Below are positions 26,320 through 35,129 of a DNA stretch of 37,050 nucleotides, piece by piece. The DNA is from a virus. Its lineage: Duplodnaviria; Caudoviricetes. The stretch is taken from the IMG/VR virus record IMGVR_UViG_3300027627_000012, positions 1 through 37,050 of that record; one strand, written 5' to 3'. A program made the translations under genes and the position numbers. Positions within the stretch are counted from its first letter, which is position 1, and each line of letters starts with the position of its first letter. The notes below the pieces were generated by a model, which ran no database searches, was not told the origin of the DNA, and saw only the letters and a program-made list of their open reading frames with translations.

Positions 26320-27075
26320 ATGATAACGCCTCTTTTTAAGTCTCACTATTCAATAGGCAAAAGCATTCTCACCTTGGAGAAGAAGGGGTCTTCAGCAATT
26401 AATGGCCCATCTTCTATCATTGACATCTGCCTCCAGAACAAGCTCGATAACTTTTGCCTAGTAGAGGATTCGATGGGTGGCTTTTTGGAGGCTTACCTTA
26501 ATGCGAAAGAAGTGGGTATCTCGTTGAGGTTTGGGCTTCGATTGACCGTCTGTGCTGACTCTTCAATTAAAGATGAGGAGTCTTTGTCAAAGCAGGCCAA
26601 GTATATAATCTTCGCAAACAATAGAAGCGGATACCAAAAGCTCATTAAGATTTACGGCTTCGCAGCCAAGGACGGATTCTATTACGAGCCCAGGACTGAC
26701 TTCAATATGCTGAAAGAGCATTGGTCAGACGAAGACTTGACCCTCGCAATCCCCTTCTATGATTCGTTCCTGCATAAGAATTCTCTGCGCGGTTCACTGT
26801 GCTTCCCTGATTTTAGTTATTGCCAACCAGTGTTTTTCATTGAGGATAACAATCTTCCGTTCGATGGTATTTTGGAGAAGTTAGTTGAAGATTACGTTAA
26901 AGATAAATACGAAATCGTCAAGGCTAAAAGCGTGTTCTATAATAATCGGGCGGACTTTAAATCGTTCTTGACCTTTAAGTGCATTAATAACAGGACCACG
27001 TTGAGTAAGCCAGAGCTGGAGCATATGTCGAGTGACGAGTTCTGCATGGAAAGCTGGAAGGGACAACGGGATTAA
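26320..27075 (+). CDS. Stand-alone PHP domain of DNA polymerase III alpha type
   Basis: KSHYSI, FANNRSGYQKLIKI, GFYYEPR.D; ATG 26320 preferred because the TTG at 26287 is part of a TTGACT -35 box. Confidence 0.8.
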   Translation: MITPLFKSHYSIGKSILTLEKKGSSAINGPSSIIDICLQNKLDNFCLVEDSMGGFLEAYLNAKEVGISLRFGLRLTVCADSSIKDEESLSKQAKYIIFANNRSGYQKLIKIYGFAAKDGFYYEPRTDFNMLKEHWSDEDLTLAIPFYDSFLHKNSLRGSLCFPDFSYCQPVFFIEDNNLPFDGILEKLVEDYVKDKYEIVKAKSVFYNNRADFKSFLTFKCINNRTTLSKPELEHMSSDEFCMESWKGQRD

Positions 27076-27076
27076 T

Positions 27077-27715
27077 ATGGACGAGCATCTTTTAAGATTC
27101 AATAAGGATAAGACTTTTGTTTTCTTCGACGCGGAGACTTTCAATCTGTGCCTTAATTTTTGTCATAATCTTCCTTGGCAGATTGGCATGATAAAGCTGA
27201 TTGGAGATAGAAGGGTTGATGATAAGAACTTCTTTCTCAAATGGAAAACTGATTTAAAAATCAGCGACGAAGCGGCCAGGATTACCAGATACGACCACAA
27301 GAAAGTCGAGAGGCTCGGCCTTACTCCGGAGGAGATTTTCCCCACCGTGTCTGAGTGGCTTGACAACGCGGACTACATCGTGGGTCATAACGTCATCGCC
27401 TTCGACCTTTACTTGATTAAAGAGTATTATAAGTATATGGGCAAGCCGTCGAAACACCTTTACCATAAGTTTATCGATACCAACGCGATAGCCAGAGGCA
27501 TCAAGATGGGCTTCCCGTTTAAGAATGGAGAGAGCCTTCAAGAGTATCAGTACAGAGCTTACCACACGAGAAAGAAGGGTATTAAATCAAATCTGACCTT
27601 TCTGGGTAAGGAAATGTCAATAGACCACGACTACGAGAATCTCCATGATGCGCTGGTTGACCTTGAACTTAATCTTAAAGTCTGGAATAAATTAAAATTC
27701 CAAATTGAGGTTTGA
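27077..27715 (+). CDS. DEDDh 3'-5' exonuclease (DnaQ/epsilon-like)
   Basis: FFDAET, VGHNVIAFD, IDT, HDALVD. Confidence 0.9.
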   Translation: MDEHLLRFNKDKTFVFFDAETFNLCLNFCHNLPWQIGMIKLIGDRRVDDKNFFLKWKTDLKISDEAARITRYDHKKVERLGLTPEEIFPTVSEWLDNADYIVGHNVIAFDLYLIKEYYKYMGKPSKHLYHKFIDTNAIARGIKMGFPFKNGESLQEYQYRAYHTRKKGIKSNLTFLGKEMSIDHDYENLHDALVDLELNLKVWNKLKFQIEV

Positions 27716-27745
27716 TTTCCTATCTACTTGAGTTATATTTGAATT

Positions 27746-28006
27746 ATGGCTTCGCTTGATTTTGTTATCGACCTGCTTGAGAAGATTGAGTCTCAGGGTA
27801 TCGACTATATGCTCGTAACCGCTCAAAAGGGAAAGGGTCAATTCTCATGCGATATGTTCTACAATTTTGCAGGGGACAGCTCGGCGGATTGTGCCGTCGT
27901 CGCGGCTAAGAAAATCATCTCTGATATCGAAGCCAAATACGGCCTCAATGACGAAGCCCCCAAGAAAACGAAAAAACCAAAAAAGAAAAAGGGCGGTCAA
28001 AAGTGA
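27746..28006 (+). CDS. Hypothetical protein with Lys-rich tail
   Basis: TATATT-6 nt-ATG upstream; GTGA overlap with dnaE. Confidence 0.7.
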   Translation: MASLDFVIDLLEKIESQGIDYMLVTAQKGKGQFSCDMFYNFAGDSSADCAVVAAKKIISDIEAKYGLNDEAPKKTKKPKKKKGGQK

Positions 28007-30579
28007 GCTTTTTCAATAAATTCTCCGACTACGACCTCCAAATCCACGGAGTAAGACTTCCGTCCTTCGAGATTGACAAAAAATACAAAAGAGGCTTGGG
28101 CTTAAGCGAAGATGTTGGCAACTTCGATTTCCTTCGCTCCCTTTGCTTGAACGGCTTCAATGCGCTCAAGCTCAAAAAAGACTCCCCAGAGCACAAAGCC
28201 TATATAGGCAGAGTCAAGTACGAACTAGATACCCTGAAGGATTTAGGCTTCATTGATTACGTGCTTCTAGTCTGGGACGTCATTAACTTCTGCAAAGAGA
28301 ACAGTATTCCTACTGGGCTTGGTCGAGGCAGCGCGGCTGGCAGTCTTATCCTGTTCCTCATTGGTGTCACTAAGGTCGACCCGTTGAAAAACGATTTGTA
28401 TTTCGAGCGATTCGTTTCTAAGATTAGAGCTAAGAAGCAAGTCGTTGATGGAATAACCTACTTAGATGGGTCGCTGATGTGCGACGTAGATCTTGACATC
28501 TGTTACTATAGCCGCCACAGGGTAGTCGAATATCTTGAAGAGAAATTCAAAGGACGCACGGCAAAAGTCCTAACCCTTAATACGTTAAGCGGAAAGCTGT
28601 TGATTAAAGAGTGCGGGAAGATTGCTGGAGAAAAGCCTGAGTCGGAAATGAGCGAGATTTCTGGCCTCATCCCTAAAACGTTCGGTCAAGTAATGGACAT
28701 CGAAGAGGCGTACGGAAAGGAAGAGAAGTTCAAGACTTGGTGCGACGATAATAAAGAAGTTTATTCTATCGCTTTGAAGTTGAGGGGCCTTATCAAAAAT
28801 AAAGGCGTCCATCCTTCTGCCATCTCGCTGTCTTATGGTTTGATGGAAGATTCCTGCCCGACCGAACTTAGCTCTGGCAAGGACAGCGTCGTGTCTTCGT
28901 ACGACATGAACTGGATTAGCATTTTCAATGTGAAGCTGGATTTACTTGGACTTCGCAGCGTCTCGGTTGTAGACAACGCTTGCAAAGGTATCGGCATCGA
29001 GATGGATAAGATTGATCTAAATGATCCAATCATCTATCAAAACCTTCAGGATTTGAGAAGTCCCCACGGGCTTTTCCAAATCGAGGCAGATACTAACTTC
29101 AGGGTTTGTCAAAAAGTCAAACCTAAAAATCTTGACGAATTGAGCGCGGTCTTGGCTATCGCTCGCCCAGGCGCGTTAGATTATGCAGACCAGTACGCTT
29201 TATTCTCGAATACGAAAACTGTCCAATCTATCCATCCGTTCTTTGATGACATTCTAGGTCAGACTGGCGGAGTTTGTCTCTACCAAGAGCAAATGATGAA
29301 AATGGCTAACAAGATTGGATTCTCTCTTGATGAAGCCGAAATCCTCAGGCGGATTGTTGGTAAGAAAAAGGTGGACGAGGCAAAGGCTTGGAAAGAAAAG
29401 ATCGCAGCCAAGATAAAAGAAAAGGCATTAAGCCAAGAGATAGGCGACGTTCTTTGGAAAGTTTTGGAAGACTCTTCAAATTATTCTTTCAATAAATCCC
29501 ATTCCTGCGCCTATGCGTCCCTGGCCGCGCTCACCATCTATCTTAAGTTTAAGCATCCGCAACAATTCTTCTTGTCACTACTCAAGATGACTAGGCACGA
29601 GCCAGACCCTATCTCTGAAATATCTAAAATCCACAAGGAGATGGACTTGTTTGGGATAAAGCTCCAGCCTCCGCATCTTACTAAATCCAAAATGGATTTC
29701 TCAATTGAAGGCAAAGATATTCGGTTCGGTCTTCTTTCTATTAAGGGCATATCTGAGAAATCTATAGAAAAGATAAATAACTTCAAGAACGAGTTCGCTA
29801 ACAAGTTTGAAATCTTCAAGGCCGCAGAGGAGTCTAATCTCAACATCGGCGTCCTTTGTTCTTTGATTCAGGCCGGTGCGTTAGAGGGCTTTAAGCAGTC
29901 TAGAAGCCGAGTGGTGCTCGAATCTCAATTATGGAATATCCTCACCGAGAAGGAGAAGAAGTTCTCGATGATGTTCGCGGAGAAGAATGAGTTCGATCTG
30001 ATTGAAATCATTAAGCACCTAAGAGTCTTCAAGGACGAAAAAGGCAAGCCCATAATTAAAGATTCCAGATACGAAACGATTAAAAAGAATTACGCCCCGT
30101 ATCTCGAAATCTATAATCAAAATAAGAATTCTGAGAACTTTGCCAACTGGTATTATGAAAAGATGCTTTTGGGCTATACTTACAACAAGACTCTGATAGA
30201 TATTTTTTCAGATAAGCGGCCTGACCTTCGTCCTATTAGGGAGATTAATCAGATGGCCCAGGGGCAAGAGGCGATATTTATCGGTAGAGCTGAAGATTGC
30301 TACGAAGGCGTTTCTAGAGAAAAGAAGACCAAGTATTTCAAGACGGTGGTCTCAGACGAGAGCGACTCTATTAAGGTCATGATTTTCAGCGACAAGAAAG
30401 AGGAATGCGCAAGTATAAATAATGGCCTGCCAAAGGATGACAACATCCTCATAGTAAGAGGCAGGAAGATGGACGGCGTAGTTTTCGCAGATATCATAGG
30501 GATTCAAGACAATAAGGTCTATACTAAATTGTCTGAATTAAAGAAGATTTTAGTGGACGACGAGAAGCAAAAGAAGTAA
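28003..30579 (+). CDS. dnaE: DNA polymerase III alpha core lacking the PHP domain
   Basis: GRGSAAGSL, LYFERF, DVDLD, KLDLLGL, G.FQ, YQEQ, YSFNKSH, IRFGL..IKG. Confidence 0.95.
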   Translation: MSFFNKFSDYDLQIHGVRLPSFEIDKKYKRGLGLSEDVGNFDFLRSLCLNGFNALKLKKDSPEHKAYIGRVKYELDTLKDLGFIDYVLLVWDVINFCKENSIPTGLGRGSAAGSLILFLIGVTKVDPLKNDLYFERFVSKIRAKKQVVDGITYLDGSLMCDVDLDICYYSRHRVVEYLEEKFKGRTAKVLTLNTLSGKLLIKECGKIAGEKPESEMSEISGLIPKTFGQVMDIEEAYGKEEKFKTWCDDNKEVYSIALKLRGLIKNKGVHPSAISLSYGLMEDSCPTELSSGKDSVVSSYDMNWISIFNVKLDLLGLRSVSVVDNACKGIGIEMDKIDLNDPIIYQNLQDLRSPHGLFQIEADTNFRVCQKVKPKNLDELSAVLAIARPGALDYADQYALFSNTKTVQSIHPFFDDILGQTGGVCLYQEQMMKMANKIGFSLDEAEILRRIVGKKKVDEAKAWKEKIAAKIKEKALSQEIGDVLWKVLEDSSNYSFNKSHSCAYASLAALTIYLKFKHPQQFFLSLLKMTRHEPDPISEISKIHKEMDLFGIKLQPPHLTKSKMDFSIEGKDIRFGLLSIKGISEKSIEKINNFKNEFANKFEIFKAAEESNLNIGVLCSLIQAGALEGFKQSRSRVVLESQLWNILTEKEKKFSMMFAEKNEFDLIEIIKHLRVFKDEKGKPIIKDSRYETIKKNYAPYLEIYNQNKNSENFANWYYEKMLLGYTYNKTLIDIFSDKRPDLRPIREINQMAQGQEAIFIGRAEDCYEGVSREKKTKYFKTVVSDESDSIKVMIFSDKKEECASINNGLPKDDNILIVRGRKMDGVVFADIIGIQDNKVYTKLSELKKILVDDEKQKK

Positions 30580-30589
30580 TATATTTCAT

Positions 30590-31294
30590 ATGATTCAATT
30601 CTATAAACCCAATCCCAAAGTAACGGGGTGCGCTTGCTCTTTTTGGCTGAATAGAGACGGCACAATCATGTCCTCCTTTATCAAGCAGGACTCTTGGAAT
30701 GACGCAAAAAAGACAGGAAGTTTTTCTAAGAATAAAGATAATCCGAAAGCTAGAGTTATCGTCAAGCTGAACCGAATTGAGATAGCGGGGATTATCGACA
30801 CTATAGAGTCTAATAGAGAATTCTCCGTTTATCACAATAGCGAGAAGCAAACTCTTCAAATCAGATTTTGCCCCTATCTCGACAGGGAAGACCAAGTAAC
30901 GGAAATCGGTCAGTTCTCCGGAGAAGTCTCGGTAAAGAATGATAAAGCGAGCTTAACTGGACCGGCGTTCGGAGTAATCACCAAGAAGGCTAAGGCTCAG
31001 AAGGGATTCTCTTTCTCCGTCAATAAGCAGGACAAGGAAGACTCTACCAGCAAATCGAGCTTCCTTATTGGCTTTACGTTTCCAGAAGCTAGACTTCTTA
31101 AGAATGATTTATCAGTTATCTTGAACGAGACTTTCGCTTGGCCGAAGAGCAGGGAAGACGCCGCCCCCATAGATGGAACAGGCTTTAATCCTCCCGCGAA
31201 TGAAGCCCCGAGTCTCCCCTCCCAAACTCCCCAGAAGGCCGAGCCCGCACGAAAAGACCCCGCCCCCGTAGCTCAAGAAGAAGACCTTTGGTAG
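30590..31294 (+). CDS. Hypothetical protein, possible ssDNA-binding protein
   Basis: Beta-rich body, Pro/Ala linker and EEDLW acidic-aromatic tail, directly after dnaE. Confidence 0.55.
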   Translation: MIQFYKPNPKVTGCACSFWLNRDGTIMSSFIKQDSWNDAKKTGSFSKNKDNPKARVIVKLNRIEIAGIIDTIESNREFSVYHNSEKQTLQIRFCPYLDREDQVTEIGQFSGEVSVKNDKASLTGPAFGVITKKAKAQKGFSFSVNKQDKEDSTSKSSFLIGFTFPEARLLKNDLSVILNETFAWPKSREDAAPIDGTGFNPPANEAPSLPSQTPQKAEPARKDPAPVAQEEDLW

Positions 31295-31297
31295 AAA

Positions 31298-33214
31298 ATG
31301 AAGAAAAAGAAAATTCTATTCCATAGCGATTTCGCTTTGGCAAAAACTGGCTTTGGTAGAAATACCAGAGCTATTTTAACTTATCTATACCGTACCGGAA
31401 GATACGAGTTAGTTCAATATGCCTGCGGCATGAATTACTCGAATCAGTTATTCTCCAAGACCCCCTGGAAGACGGTAGGCTCTCTTCCTGACTCCCAGCA
31501 AGAGATAGACCAGCTAAATAAAGATCCCCATAGCGCAAGGCTGGCTGCCTATGGCGCTCATTATATCGATAGAGTAATCCAAGAAGAGAAGCCCGACGTC
31601 TTTATTGCGGTTCAAGATATTTGGGGTATAGACTTTGCGGTGGGAAAACCCTGGTTCGATAAGATTAACTCTGTCCTTTGGACTACGTTAGATTCTTTAC
31701 CCATACTCCCCTCCGCGATAGAAGCGGCGAAGAAGTCTAAGAACTTCTGGATATGGAGCAATTTCGCAACCAAAGCTTTACACAAGCAAGGACTGGCTCA
31801 TGCCCGCACGGTTCACGGAGCGGTGGATAATAGCTTTTTCTTCAAGATTAATAAGGAAGCTCGGTTGGATTTAAGGTCCAAATTCGGCCTGAATGAGGCT
31901 GATTTTGTTGTCGGATTCGTTTTTAGAAATCAATTACGCAAAAGCGTTCCAAATCTTCTTGAGGGCTATAAGCTTTGGAAAGATAAAAATCCAGAAGTCA
32001 AAAACACCAAGCTCCTTCTCCATACTCATTTTGGAGAAGGCTGGGGGATAAGCAAGCTCGCTGAAGAGTACGGCATTGATAAGAACGAAATCTTAACGAC
32101 CTACATCTGTAAGTCGTGTAAAAACTACGAGGTCAAGGCGTTCGCGGGTCAAGATCTAGTCTGTAAATTCTGTAACGACAAAAAGGGTCAAACGACAACG
32201 AGCGTTTCTTTTGGGGCGACAGAAGAGCAGCTTAACGAAGTCTATAATCTAATGGATGTCTATTGTCATCCATTTACTTCGGGCGGACAAGAGATTCCCA
32301 TACAGGAGGCTAAATTCGTAGAGCTTATTACTCTAGTTACTAATTATAGCTGCGGCGAAGAAATGTGCGAGGAAGGAGCTTGCTCCTTACCCCTAGACTG
32401 GGCGGAATATAGAGAGCATGGAACAGAGTTCCGCAAGGCGTCTACGCTCCCGTCGTCGATAGCTACTCAGCTACATAAAGTTTATCAAATGACGATCGGG
32501 GAGAGGGAAGAAATGGGCCGGGGCGCTAGGGAATGGGTCGAGAGAAATTACTCCATAAATAACGTCGGAATGTTAATTGAGTCTCTCATAGATAAACTTC
32601 CCGATGTCGATTACTCTTTCGAAATCAAGACGGAAGAAAAGAATCCATTCATTCAAATAGAAGACACTCAAGACAATGAGCAATGGATTCTGTCCCTCTA
32701 CAAGAACATCCTCAAAATGGATCTCGATAATAATAATGATGGATTTAAGTATTGGATTGCAGAGTTATCCAAGGGGACGAAAAGAGAAGATATAGAAAAA
32801 TACTTCAGACAGACAGCCGCCAATGAAAACCAGAAAAACAAGAAGACTGAATTTTCTGGCCTCTTAAATAAGGACGACAAAAATAGACTCCTAGTTATTC
32901 TGCCTGAGAGTATCGGCGATATTTTCTTGGCTACGTCGTTGTTCGAGTCTTTAAGAAAAAGATACCCAAGGCCGGAATGGACGTTTTATTTTGCTTGCAA
33001 ACAGGAGTACTTCGAGATTTTAGAGGGTAATCCCCATGTAGATAAACTCCTAGACTACATTCCTCAGATGGATAATCTAGTTTGGCTAGAGGGCATCGGT
33101 GGCCACAAAGGATTTTTTGACGTAGCTTATCCAATCCACTTCTCGACGCAAAGATTATTATCTTATCCCCATAATGGCGTGGATAAAATTGATTTAGACA
33201 TAAAATGCACCTAA
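31298..33214 (+). CDS. GT4-like glycosyltransferase with CxxC-CxxC insert and C-terminal GT9 N-domain
   Basis: TGFGR, RNQLRK, GGQEIP.QEA; CKSC..CKFC; C-terminal ESIGDIFLAT...LRKRYP...NPHVD. Confidence 0.85.
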   Translation: MKKKKILFHSDFALAKTGFGRNTRAILTYLYRTGRYELVQYACGMNYSNQLFSKTPWKTVGSLPDSQQEIDQLNKDPHSARLAAYGAHYIDRVIQEEKPDVFIAVQDIWGIDFAVGKPWFDKINSVLWTTLDSLPILPSAIEAAKKSKNFWIWSNFATKALHKQGLAHARTVHGAVDNSFFFKINKEARLDLRSKFGLNEADFVVGFVFRNQLRKSVPNLLEGYKLWKDKNPEVKNTKLLLHTHFGEGWGISKLAEEYGIDKNEILTTYICKSCKNYEVKAFAGQDLVCKFCNDKKGQTTTSVSFGATEEQLNEVYNLMDVYCHPFTSGGQEIPIQEAKFVELITLVTNYSCGEEMCEEGACSLPLDWAEYREHGTEFRKASTLPSSIATQLHKVYQMTIGEREEMGRGAREWVERNYSINNVGMLIESLIDKLPDVDYSFEIKTEEKNPFIQIEDTQDNEQWILSLYKNILKMDLDNNNDGFKYWIAELSKGTKREDIEKYFRQTAANENQKNKKTEFSGLLNKDDKNRLLVILPESIGDIFLATSLFESLRKRYPRPEWTFYFACKQEYFEILEGNPHVDKLLDYIPQMDNLVWLEGIGGHKGFFDVAYPIHFSTQRLLSYPHNGVDKIDLDIKCT

Positions 33215-34380
33215 TAGAAACATACGCTCTCACTTCTGGATCGAAAATCGGGAGGCCTTATATTTACGAGAAGTTTTTTCCACTTACTGCGGAAAAATAT
33301 ATTACCATCCATCCGATAAGCAAGTTTGACTCTAAGAGCTATAGCTATTGGCAAGAGGTTGTGGATTTTCTCTTCCAGACCCTCACTAGAAACGGGATTA
33401 AAATCGTACAGATAGGGACCAAAGACGACAAGAAGTTGAAACGTTGCGCTAATATCAATGGCCAAACAAACATTAATCAAATAGCCTACATCTTAAAAAA
33501 TAGCATGCTTCATCTTGGGGTGGATAGTTTTCCAACTCACGTAGCTTCGCATTATAACCGCAAGATAGTCTGCCTATACTCCAACAACCATATCGAAGTA
33601 GTAAAGCCCTACTGGGGTAATCCAGTCGACCACGTTCTTCTCCAAGAATTGGAAGAAAAAAAGCCGTCATTCTCTGCCTCTGAAAGCCCCAAGGCAGTTG
33701 ATAACATCAAGCCGGAGACGATAGTCAATCATGTGCTAGCTTCGTTGGGACTCAAAGACAGGATCAATTTTAAAACCGCCATGAGAGGCCCTAGCTATCT
33801 TCATAGGCACGTAGAGACCGTCCCTAATAGCGTCATCGACACTTCCGCTATAGGCTTAGACGCTATCATTGTTCGGATGGATTTGCTTTTTAACGAGGAG
33901 ATCCTTGCTAAGCAACTCTCAGTGTCTAACTGCTGCATTATAACTAACAAGCCAATTCAGATCGATTTAATTAAACATTTCGCCCCAAAGATTAAACAGT
34001 TTTTATATATCCTTGATGAGAATCATAATCCGGCTTTTGTAAACGAGTTGCAGAAGCTTGGCATTAATTATCACCTCAGGACGGAGATGTCTGCGGAGAA
34101 GCTCGAATCCATCAAGCTTTACTATCTTGACTTCGACCTGATAGACAGAAAACTGAGCATTGATCCAGCTCTTGTTGAAAAACTCAAGGCTGTAGGCATC
34201 GAAAATCTCGTCTACAGATCTAATAAATTTATCATTTCTGAAAGCCAAATTTTTCAAAGCGACGCCGCTCTAGAAGCTGGTTTCCCAGTCCCCGATCTTG
34301 AAGGATACTTCACGCCAGCTATTGACTCGGAACTCTTTTGGAGAGATCTACATCATTTTTATGTGATGAAAAAGGCTTGA
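33205..34380 (+). CDS. GT9 C-terminal domain fused to an unknown domain
   Basis: HLIETY, YITIHP, K.Y.YWQEV, IVQIG, HLGVDSFPTHVA. Confidence 0.8.
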   Translation: MHLIETYALTSGSKIGRPYIYEKFFPLTAEKYITIHPISKFDSKSYSYWQEVVDFLFQTLTRNGIKIVQIGTKDDKKLKRCANINGQTNINQIAYILKNSMLHLGVDSFPTHVASHYNRKIVCLYSNNHIEVVKPYWGNPVDHVLLQELEEKKPSFSASESPKAVDNIKPETIVNHVLASLGLKDRINFKTAMRGPSYLHRHVETVPNSVIDTSAIGLDAIIVRMDLLFNEEILAKQLSVSNCCIITNKPIQIDLIKHFAPKIKQFLYILDENHNPAFVNELQKLGINYHLRTEMSAEKLESIKLYYLDFDLIDRKLSIDPALVEKLKAVGIENLVYRSNKFIISESQIFQSDAALEAGFPVPDLEGYFTPAIDSELFWRDLHHFYVMKKA

Positions 34381-34405
34381 CTTATTTCCCTACTTGGCTT
34401 AAGAT
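34377..34405 (+). promoter_or_regulatory. Sigma70-type promoter, leaderless geometry
   Basis: TTGACT-17-TAAGAT-6 nt-ATG(34412). Confidence 0.8.
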
Positions 34406-34411
34406 TCTACC

Positions 34412-35128
34412 ATGACAGTCAAAAAACCATTAAAGTCCATCTCCAGAGATGAGAGCGGCCTGATCGACAATATTGATTACGTCTTTAACGAGGACGGATT
34501 CATTGATTGGAGAAAGATGATTAATGCCAAGTTCCTCGTCTCGAGAGATAAATCTGGGGAAGTAGATTTATCTAAGATGAAGGACTCGGATTTACTCATC
34601 CTTCTTGGGGGAATTAAAGAACTTGCCCAATTAAGGGGCTTTACCGAGGTCACTTACGATATCGTCAGCCCGTCCCCAGAGTATGTCGTAGCTATCTGTA
34701 AAATTAAATGGATTCCGAATTATGAAACTGAAAATAAAGAAATTACTTTCTCCGGCGTCGGGGACGCAAGCCTTTCTAACACGGACAGTTTTGCCCGAAA
34801 TTTCTTAGCGGCCATTGCCGAGAACAGAGCTTTCGTTCGCTGCGTGAGAAGCTTCCTCAAGATTAATATTGTTGGTAAGGAAGAAATGGGACCAATAAAT
34901 AATAGAGAGTTTAAACCAAGTTCATCTTCTAGCCCGTCTGATAACGTAGCTAACCCGAAGGATTTCCTCAAGGCTTTGATGAACGAGAAAAATGTCTCCT
35001 TCAACGACATTAAGAAGAAGCTTGTCAAAGAGGGCTTGGATGGAGCACCAGATTACGAAAGCGTAAATGACATACCCATTATCAAGACTCTTGAACTTAT
35101 TGAGAGAATCAAAAAGATAACTAAGTAA
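34412..35128 (+). CDS. Probable single-strand annealing protein (Rad52/Sak-like fold)
   Basis: GGIKELA, FSGVGDA, AIAENRAFVRCVR resemble the phage SSAP A-E-x-R-A-x-x-R motif. Confidence 0.55.
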   Translation: MTVKKPLKSISRDESGLIDNIDYVFNEDGFIDWRKMINAKFLVSRDKSGEVDLSKMKDSDLLILLGGIKELAQLRGFTEVTYDIVSPSPEYVVAICKIKWIPNYETENKEITFSGVGDASLSNTDSFARNFLAAIAENRAFVRCVRSFLKINIVGKEEMGPINNREFKPSSSSSPSDNVANPKDFLKALMNEKNVSFNDIKKKLVKEGLDGAPDYESVNDIPIIKTLELIERIKKITK

Positions 35129-35129
35129 T

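Noticed and set aside
27060-28010. Programmed frameshift, read-through or split intein joining PHP, exonuclease and DnaE
   Set aside because: Each ORF has its own start and stop, an unrelated ORF intervenes, and no intein terminal motifs or slippery heptamer were seen.
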